The notes below the pieces were generated by a model that was not told the DNA's origin, searched no databases, and saw nothing but the letters and a program-made list of their open reading frames with translations. 64,000 bases of DNA from Takakia lepidozioides (lineage: Eukaryota; Plantae; Bryophyta). How positions within the stretch are numbered: position 1 is the first letter of the stretch; every line of letters starts with the position of its first letter. Shown piece after piece: positions 51,543 to 61,322 of this stretch. Made by a program: the position numbers and the translations under genes. The stretch is from positions 11,222,001 through 11,286,000 of the forward strand of contig CM060733.1 in NCBI GenBank assembly GCA_030704615.1, in the 5' to 3' direction.

Positions 51543-52670
51543 ACATTGGTGTTTGAGGCATATTGCTTTGTGAAGAGAGGGTCTACGTTCAAATTCCGCA
51601 ACGACGGTCATCTTGTTGATGCCGTTGTGGACCCTGTTACCTACGATGTTCTCTACAACTATGTGCCCCACTCCAGTATGCCGAAGGACACAAAGACAGG
51701 CAAACCGTGGCGGTACAGCCGGACCCGGAGCCTTGACCCTCATGGAGACGTGGTCGGATGTCCAAGGGCGGATTCTGGACCTCACATGCGGCACGGGTAA
51801 GCCTTCACGTGCTCAGTTTGTCCCCTGGCCCGATTGCAATTGCATGCCGCAAGCTATTAACCGTCCGCTTTGTTCCTCAAGTGCTTCAATGTGGGCAGGG
51901 ACGTTGTCTGATAGGCATGTGTTCGCCTTCGAGCCAGATACTGCTCTCCACAACTCGGAACTTGCAGCGGTTGAACGTCTGCCGAAAGATGAAGAGGCAT
52001 CCTCGGAGGATGAGGAAAAATCCGAGAAGGAGCAGGGGTAGGAACAAGTTGGGATCGAGGCCAAGGAGCCCCCAGTGTACGAGTGAGTGGTCGCATTGTA
52101 AGTTGCCTCCAGATTTTGTGAGGCACCTCCCTTCGCTCTCTTATTTCATTGAAAACCCTTTCAGCTTCTGCTGGTATTGACATTCTTGAAGTGGATTTGT
52201 TCTTACTATAGGATGCCAAGTACGGCAGGAGGGACGTCTACACCGGAGTTCATGGGCAGGAGGAACGTGCCTTTTTTTGCCAAGGGGGATTTCATGCCTA
52301 GTCCAGAAAGGGACTACATCCTTCCTACTTATGCTGCCCGGCTTGCTTTGGTGTCCATTAGGAGGTGTTCCGAACCTAGTCGTGTACAGCAGATTTTAGA
52401 CAAGGCAAGCCTCAAGAAAATGAAGATGAGGGAGGAGGCAACAGCTATTAGAGCCCGTCGGGCTCGTAGATTTGTGTTGGATTCTGCTGAGGAAAGTGGG
52501 GGAGAAGAGGCAGAAGATTCCCAGGAGGTGAGGTGGACAGTCCCCCAAGGAGAGGACGGCATTTTTGAGAGGCATACTGCAACCGATGCATCATAGAGCT
52601 CGGAGGATGGGGGGGATGAGGGGGATGAGGAAGAAGGAGGGCCAAGTTCCTCGGAAGGTGTAGGAGAGTA
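51543..52670 (+). pseudogene. 3' part of the cargo gene: MTase SAM-binding half and acidic tail (exons ~51543-51796, 51881-~52082, ~52212-52670)
   Basis: Acceptor TGCAG|ACA; TLVFEAYCFVK...DVLYNY...GKPWR...LMETWSDVQGRILDLTCGTG|ASMWAGTLSDRHVFAFEPD parallels beta-class motifs X-I-II (GxxVLDPFxGSGTTxxAAxxxGRxxIGxE). The 84-bp intron ends in AA rather than AG. Confidence 0.65.
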
Positions 52671-52775
52671 GTTCCCATTCCTGCTATGACAGTTAGGACA
52701 CACTTGTATAGACGTGGCTTGCCACCAAATTTGCAATAAAATGTTGCATTTCATTGCTATGACGAGTCCACATGA

Positions 52776-52882
52776 CCCTATTTCCGTGCCTCCTAACCCT
52801 ATTTCCGTGGACACAATTCGGCCCGCTCATGCTTTTTTTTTTTCCGCTCATGTTCATGCCGCTCATGAAATAGCAGCCCCCC
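52776..52882. repeat. End module 2 (right TIR-like) of element B
   Basis: CCTATTTCCGTG x2, AATTCGGC, GCTCATG cluster, then GAAATAGCAGCCCCC abutting gag-like coding sequence. Confidence 0.6.
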
Positions 52883-55800
52883 ACCAAAGGCAGGAACTCC
52901 AGTTTCTGAAACGGAAGACGAAGAAGGAGGAGAGGATGTGGCAGAGCCAACGGAGAGTTGAGACTCTCCAACACCATTGCAATTGAGTTACATGAGTGAA
53001 GAAGAAAAAACCCAAGGGCAGAACTTGGAAGATGAAAACAGAGAGAAGAAATTGGAAGATGAAGAGTATGAAGAAGTAGACCCAATAGCTGAGGTTGAGA
53101 CTACAACCAGGACATCCCAACCCTTTGGACCTGGATCAAGTGGAGCACCTGGATCACAGGCCAACGAAGGTGTCGGCTCAGGGGGATCAGGCGGGCAGCC
53201 TGGATCTGGCTTTGGGGGGACAGGGAGTGTGGGAAGTAGTGCAATTGGAGCTGGGAATACTGTGAATATAGTGGGGCCAGTAGCAGGGAGTGCTCAGGGG
53301 CCAGCACTTTGTGGAAGTTCCGCCACAACTACCACAGATCCACAAGGACCAGCACCAGCAAGGGGGCCAACACCTATCAGTGGGTAGGGGGTAGGGCCAT
53401 AGATGGCGTAACAACCAACACGGGCAAACCCACCTTTTCCAATATATTCAGGAAAAGGGGATCCTGATGTACACATTAGCCAATTTGAGCACATGTGTAT
53501 TGTGAACAATGAGAATGGCGATGATGCCAAGATGAGACTGTTTCCTTGTTCACTTATAAAGAAAGCAAGTGAATGGTATGCAAGATTCCCTGATAATCAT
53601 TTCCTAACCTGGAATGGCTTGAATACAGCATTCTGAAATAGGTTCAGGAGAAGTAAAACTGAGGATGAACTGTATGGAAGTTTACAACAGTTAAAGCAAA
53701 AGAAGCATGAAACTGTTGAGGATTATATGGAAAAGATGGAATTGATGATGAAAAAGCTGGCTGCTGTACCAGCACCAGGTTTACAGAAGACTTGGTTTGT
53801 GAGTGGACTAAGACCAGAGTTGCAAAAGAAAGTGGATATGTTACCCCATAATACAGTGGAGGAGGCATTTGAAACAGCGAACATAATTGAGCAATTGGGG
53901 ATGCTCAGGAGAGAAGAGCAAGAGCTTAAGAGGAAGAGTAAGAGGAAGGAAAAGTTGAAGAGGGATAACTAAGAAAAAAGATTAGAAGAAATCTTGAAGA
54001 AGTATGCCATAGAGGCTGCAACACATTGGAGGAAGGGTGTTTGGTGTGCAAAATGCCAGAATGAAGGCCATACCACCACTGAATGCCACATGAAGGAGAA
54101 ACACTGTACTATCTGTAAAATGGATAACCATTCTACTGAGAATTGTTACTACAACAGAAGGACAGCAGCAAGAGAACCTAGGCAAGTAAGGGTGCATCAA
54201 GTGCAGCCCTAGCCAAGAAGAAACAGTGATCAGGACCACTATGGTAGGCCTGGTGGTTATAACAATGGCATGGAAGGAAGAGGTAATCCAAGAGGGAATT
54301 ACCAAGGGAATTCCAGAGGCAACTATCAGGGTAATCCAAGGGAGAATTACCAGCCAGGGAATCAGGATTACAGAAACAATCCCAGAACAGACCAAGGGCG
54401 AGGACCTAATGGGGAAGAACTGTGTTACTATTGTAATCAGGCAGGACATCGCAAGGCACCCTGTCCATTCTGGTTCAGACACTAGAATGAGATGAGAGCT
54501 CCTGTGAATGAGGGGCCAGTGGTGGCAGCTCATATGGTTAGGCCATGTGTTGTACCCGAAGTAAGTACAATGATAGTAACCAGAAGCAAAGCCAAAATAA
54601 TACCTCCAGTAGATGAGGAAGGTGATGATAATGAAGATGGCAGTGATGTGCCTGAAGATGATGAGGCTTGGAGAGATGAGAAGGAACTGCACAAGGAAGT
54701 GGCAGATACCATAAGGGAAATGCAGAAGAGTACTGATATTCCTATGGCAGATTCCTCTGATTCTGAAAGAGAAGAGGAAGTGAGTGAGGATGAAGGGAAG
54801 AAAGAAGCTGCAAAAATGCAGAGTAATGAAGGGACTTTGGTTGAAGTAATATGCCAGTCCAAAGCGGAGATTACCATTGGACAGCTATTGGCTGTGGCAC
54901 CTTATTGTAGACACAGACTGTATCAAGCAATCAATCGAATTGCACATGTGACAGGGAACACAAGCCTGAACAACAAGGTGACCAGTTATAATGTGAAGCC
55001 GGAAGGGGGAGAAACAGTCATGGACTTTGATGATTCTATGCCAGTAATCCAGTTGAGAATTGGAAGCAAAGAACTAACTGATGTACTGATAGATAGAGGC
55101 TCTGGAGTGAATATCATGACAGACCAATGAAGGCAGAATCTTGGTCTAAGTAACATGAAACCAGCCCCATTTACAGTAACAATGGCAGATCAAAGAAGTG
55201 TACAGCCATTGGGATTGATAAGAGGAGTTAAGATACAGATTCAAAAGATGATCTTTATGATCACAGTAACTGTGTTGAAAATGGATGAAGTCATGGAAGC
55301 TTACTCCTTATTGTTGGGTCGACCGTGGCTGAAACAGGCTAGGGTATTCCATGACTGGAATTCCCAGTTACTAACCGTGCATGATGGGATGCACAAGATA
55401 CAAATCACCACCAAGAAATCTAGTAGACTACCTGCTACGAGAAGACCTCGAGGGGTCAGGGAGTATGACTGGTGGGGAGGACTTGATGAGGAGCAGGAAG
55501 CTACCCTGTTCGCTGCACACCCAGAGTGGGAGCAGGTTGCAGAGATGCAATTGGAAGGCCTAAGTTGCTTAAAATGTATCTGTTGTGGTGTAGTGACAGC
55601 AACACCAATTGAGGGTGAAACAAGCAGTTACCCACCACATTTCTATGAAGAAAGAGACGGAAAAATGGAAATCCTAGATGAACCAGCCACTGCGAGTTTA
55701 CAGGATGAAGTGGTGACTGGATGGACAATCACAGCTGATGAGCAGGTGAGAGAAGTGAATGTTGGAACTGAAGAGGAACCGAGGATGGTGAAGGTAGGGG

Positions 55801-58800
55801 CTGATTTGGAGCCAGAATTCTTTGAGGAAGCTAAGAGTCTGTTAATCAAATACAGAGATGTATTTGCTTGGAGCTATGAGGATCTGAAAGGGATACCACC
55901 TGAGATCTGTCAGCATAAGATTGAACAGGAACCAGGGTCAGTACCAATCAAACATGCAAGGTACAGAATGAATCCCAACAATGCACAGAAAGTTGGAGAA
56001 GAGATCAAGAAGTTGGCTGAGGCTAAGTTTATATACTCGATAGAGTATACAACTTGGTTGTCACCCATTGTGATAGTTCCCAAGAAGAATGGTAAACTGA
56101 GAGTTTGTGTGAACTATAAGAAGTTGAATGCTTGTACGAAGAAAGATCCTTTCCCTTTGCCATTCACAGAAGCGGTATTGGACACTGTGGCAGGCCATGA
56201 GATGTACTCATTCATGGATGGCTTCAGTGGTTATAATCAAGTGCAAGTGGTAGAAGAAGACCAGGGAAAGACAGCTTTCATCACAGACTGGGGTGCTTAT
56301 GCATACAAAGTCATGCCTTTTGGACTTTGTAATGCACCAGCAACCTTTCAGAGAGTGATAAGTGAATCTTTTCATGAGTATATGGATGATTTCATGCAGG
56401 TGTTCTTGGATGATTTCAGTGTGTACAGCTCTAAGAATGAGCACTTGCATAAATTGGAGTTATGTTTGGCCAGATGTAGGATGAGAGGTCTAGGCCTGAA
56501 TCCAGAGAGGTGTACTTTCTGTGTGAATTCAGGGGTGCTTTTGGGACACATTGTGTGTAAGAGGGGACTTCTTGTGGATCCCAGAAAGACAGAGGCCATT
56601 AAAGCCTCTCCACCACCAGTAAATGTTAGGAGTCTAAGGAGATTCCTTGGACAAACCAGTTATTACAGAAGATTTGTCAGACGGTATGCACAGATAACAG
56701 CACCATTGAGCAAGCTTCTAAAGAAAGATGCAGTGTTTGCATGGACAGCTGAATGTCAAGAGGCTTTTGTGGAACTTACATTGTCAGTAACAACTACACT
56801 TGTGCTGATTAACTGGCATGTAGTATTTCATGTTCATTGTGATGCCTCAGGAGAAGCGTTGGGAGCAGTGTTAGCCCAAAATGTTACAGGAAATATAGAT
56901 TCACTTGTGTACTATGCTAGCAGGTTGATGAACAATGCTGAAAAGAACTATGGCACAACTGAAAGAGAAGCACTGGTAATGATTTATGCAGTCTAGAAAT
57001 TCAGGCATTACCTATTGGGAAGGAAGTGTATGTTTTATGTGGATCACCAGGCTCTGATATATCTGGTGAACAAACCTTTGATAAGTGGAATGATAGCAAG
57101 GTGGTTAATAATCTTGCACGAGTTTGAGTTCGAAGTTGTTTACAAGCCTGGCCGTTTGCATCTTGTGGCAGATCACTTGTCACGTCTATCAACAGGAGAG
57201 CCCGCCACAGGAGTAGATGACCAATTACCTGATGCGAGTTTATTTGCAGTGGAGGTGCAGGGAAGTGCAGATGACTGGTTAGATTGGCAGTGGCCAATCA
57301 GATACTACCTTACTCATGGTCAGTGCCCACCTAGTTATGGAAAGGAGCAGAGGAAGAGAATCGCTATCAAGGCTTTACCTTATACTATGGTAGAGGGCAG
57401 AATGTATAAGCTAGGACTTGATGGAGTACTTAAAAGATGCTTGTACCACCATGAAGTAAATAAAGTTTTGGAGGAAGTTCATAAAGGAGTGGCTAGAGGT
57501 CATTTTGGAGAAGAGACTACCAGTAGAAAGATACTACTTGCAGGTTACTGGTGGCCTACTTTGTTCAAGGATGTACGCAAGTATTGTAAGAGTTGTGATG
57601 AGTGTCAGAGGCTAGGACCATTGCAGAGATCTGGGAAGATGGCTTTGCATCCTACGATGCCTACTGAACCATTTCAGAAATGGGGACTAGACTTTGTTGG
57701 ACCAATTAACCCACCAGCCAAGAATACACAGAACAAGTATATAATCACAACCACTGATTATACTACAAAGTGGGTGGAAGCTAAAGCTCTGAGGGACAAC
57801 ACAGCTAAGTCCACAACAAGGTTCCTGTATGAGAACATACTTACACGATTTGGCTGTCCCCTGGAATTTATCAGTGACCAGGGAAGTCACTTCATTAATG
57901 AGATAGAACTATTGACTAAAGAGTTCATGATTGTGCATATAAGAGTACAACTTATTACCCACAGGGTAATGGGCAGGCAGAGGCTACCAACAAAATACTA
58001 TGTACTATCTTGGCTAAGATAGTCAATGCAAACAGAACAGATTGGGATACAAAGCTGTTGACAGCTTTGTGGTCATACAAGACTTCATATAAAGTCACCA
58101 CTAAGTATACACCATTCCAATTAGTTTATGGTATGGAAGCTTTACTTCCAGTGGAATTCTTGTTACCTACCATGAGAACTGAATGGGGAAGGAAAATGGA
58201 ATTGGAAGATTCAATTACGGTCAGGAAACATGAATTATACCATGTGGAAGAAGTACGTGCTGATGCAGCTGATAACATGACCAGAATTCAGATGAAGAGG
58301 AAGGATTAGTTTGATGAAGGTAAATTAAAGACTTTTAAGACGGGAGATTTGGTACTGTGGTTGCAGAAGAAGGGGAAGATTAAAACTTCTAAGCTTAAAT
58401 CACCATGGAAAGGACCTTATGTCATATAGAAGATGTATGATAATAACACCGCCATATTACAAACCATTAACAAAGAAATGATGGGAAGAGTCAATGTCAA
58501 TAAGTTGAAGGGGTACAGTGGTATCCATGACAAACCATTGCAGTACGATTTGCATGTTGAAACACAAAAACAGTCACGGGCTGCGCCAGTGTATGGAGCA
58601 CTTGTCGCTAAGCCGAGCGAGTATGACCAGGGCGGGAAGTACAGGTGTTCGCATAGATATCACAACCCACCACAGTGCCACACAACCTATCACAGCCCAT
58701 CACAACGTGACACAGCCTATCACAGCCCATCACAGTGTCACACAGCCTATCACAGTTCACCACAGTTAGACACAGCCTGTCACAGCCCAACACTACCCAT

Positions 58801-60668
58801 GCGGGTTATACAGTCCATTGGGTCAGTGACAGGTGGAAGCGGGTTAACGTCAGAAAAGTGGCCGTCAAATGAAGAAGAAGTTTGGAAGTCAAACTCGGAG
58901 AATATGCCACGCGGAGAGGGGAAGTCGGGGGCATGTCTAAAAACAGACACGTGGCCACTAAGGCGAAGCACCCCGCAGTGCATAAATTGCAAGAGTGGGT
59001 CTCATCATGCAAGAGGACAAATTGGGCCATCAAAGTACCTACCCGGTACATCAGTTAAAACTATTTGTGGGCCCATTAATGCATTCAGGGCAGGGGTAAC
59101 AGAACCCTTTCCGAGTACAGAAAAGAGGGACTTATGCCACATGTGCTATCCTACTGGACATTCCAGGTAGGAATGTCCATGGAGGGGGGTGGAATTAAGA
59201 AGTTACCTAAGCAGGCAACAGCCAATCAGGAGTGAGAATTTCATGCAGGTGGTTCCCTCCAAGAAACAAGAACAAGAAATAGGAAGTGTTATGAGCGGAA
59301 GAGTCGGGGTGGCTCCGAATAGCCAGTGTCTCGACGGGAGGGGCAATCAAAGCACTAGCTTTGTAGCTATGGCGGATGTAACAGATTACACACTCGCTTT
59401 ACTTCTCACGCAGTGGCGCAAGGACGGATGAATTGAGAGTGCATTTTCTCTCACTCGATACTTGCAAGCCCCACAGGCTTACACGCACTTACCTGTTCCA
59501 TTATGTGCCAACCATACCTTTATGCTCTGTGCCCTGCAAGCTTTCCTTCAGCTGTTTTAAACAAGGCCTTTTTGTTTGTCTAGAATGAAGAGAGTGAGGG
59601 GAATGGAGGATATCAGGGTGAAGAGCACCACGATTCTGCAGAAGCAAACAATTGCTACACCGCAGCCAGTGCAGCTGCTGAGGGAGTTGCGATTGGAGGG
59701 GCTGCTACGCAAGGACTGGTCCTTGCATCATCGGTAGTATATGATTCAATTTCTTCAGAACTTTGAGCCTCGGATGGGAATTACCCAGATGAGGGGAGTA
59801 GATATAGAAATTACTCCCCAGTACTTGCAGCAATTGTTTGATTTGCCGTCAGGTCATGTGGATGTGGATGAGCACAAGGCAAGATTGCAGATAGGGAATT
59901 TGTTCCAAGAAGGGAGTTTCTTTAAGACTCAAGGTTACGCTTGTACCAAAGCCGAGTACCCAAGGCTCAAAGAAGTTGGCCAAATATTGAACGTTCTGTT
60001 TGCCATGAAACAGAACCAACAATATTTGAGTAGGTCATTCACAGAGGAGATCCTGAAAGCTTTGAGGGGAGAGGATGTAGCTTGGGCGGAGTTAATGTAC
60101 AATGGTCTGGTGGACGAGATGAAGAGGTTACAAGGCACTGCTGCTAAGTCATTGTGTCTGGTCCAGTCATTGCCCAAATCATTCTTGACTCTTGCATACT
60201 TGATACTCGGGAACGTAAGGAGATGGGAGTGTTTGAGGCAGTAACCACTGCAATTGAAGAGCAGAGCTCTTCACATAGTGAGGGTGGACTGGCAGGGCAA
60301 CACCAGTCTAAGAGAGACAAAAGCGGGGTATGACTGTAGTGGCGGATCCACTGGCTTCACGGAGACCGCAAGATGATGTTTCCCAAGCTCTTGTGCAGGA
60401 TGGGGCACAGCAGCACAGAGGGCTATTATAATTGGAAGCACGGCCTTCGGAGAGGGAAGAAGAAGTCACTTCGGTACCACAGCCATCACAGCCAGTTGAC
60501 TCGGTTGTCTCAGAGGTTCCACAGTAAGAACATGCTATGACACCACCCCCAATTGCTCTGGACGGAGAAAGGTTGGACATTCCCACTACAGAGCAGGTCG
60601 TGGCCGAAATTGAGAAGGGTGACCTTCTCTATGAAAACTCTGGCATGGTAAGGGAATCAGTGGTTCCA
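52883..60668 (+). mobile_element. Decayed Ty3/Gypsy non-chromovirus retrotransposon (gag-pol plus extra 3' ORF), LTRs missing
   Basis: gag with CAKCQNEGHTTTEC, CTICKMDNHSTENC, CYYCNQAGHRKAPC; protease VLIDRGSGVNIM; RT WLSPIVIVPKKNGKLRVC, VMPFGLCNAPATFQR, FLDDF; RNase H HCDAS, NYGTTERE; integrase H..GHF..CDECQ, WGLDF, SDQGSHF, GPY; in-frame stops. Confidence 0.95.
58658..58790 (+). repeat. 30-bp tandem repeat x ~4.3 in the post-integrase reading frame
   Basis: TATCACAGCCCATCACAGTGTCACACAGCC variants encoding YHSPSQCHTA-like decamers. Confidence 0.9.
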
Positions 60669-60920
60669 GAGGCAACGACGCAATGGCGTGAGCGTTGCAC
60701 GTGAGCGCGCGAGCGTACGCTCACGCAGGAGTGACGTGGCGTGAGCGTACGCTCACGCCAGCTGACGTGGCGTGAGCCTGCACACATGCTGACGTGGCGT
60801 GAGCGTCATGTCAGCATGCTGATGTGGCGGTAAATGATGACATGGCACTGTCCGTCAACTGCCACGTCAGCATTAACATGCGCCGCCTATAACCGTGGAT
60901 GGTCCTATGACCGTGGAATT
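60669..60920. repeat. Terminal/subterminal repeat module of element C
   Basis: Clustered CGTGAGCG, palindromes GCGTGAGCGTACGCTCACGC, TGACGTGG repeats and CCTATnACCGTG x2. Confidence 0.65.
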
Positions 60921-61322
60921 AATGCAGGGAATCTTGCCTAAATAGAATCAAGACGAGCGTTGAGGCCTACAATTGCAGCATCCAACATTGTGCAATTACA
61001 AATGCTTGTTTCACTTTTACAATTACGAAGACGACAAAATATCCTCACAAAGTGTGCGCCATAAAGGCTGCCACGAGAAGACTTCCTCCCTCCTCAAATA
61101 ACAATGAGAGTTATGATCATCTTCAAAAGATGATTGTAGTGCATAGCGACAGCAAGACATGTAGACTTCGAACGGTGCAATGACAAATGTGCACTACCTA
61201 AAAGTTGTCACTCAGAGCTCACTCCGTATAGTTGGAGGCCATATCATTGCACAGCCGACGAATTGATGTGAATTACACATTTCAAATCATGGTCATCCAC
61301 ATACCACATTACATAGTTCATG

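Larger units (their letters stand above)
38500..52882. mobile_element. Large rearranged Mutator-like transposon (element B): transposase, ParB-methyltransferase cargo gene and palindrome arrays
   Basis: Two similar end modules (50770-51118 and 52776-52882), a transposase at 46841-50332, cargo-gene pieces, and the shared AAATTCGGCGCC core in four repeat zones. The left limit is approximate. Confidence 0.7.
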
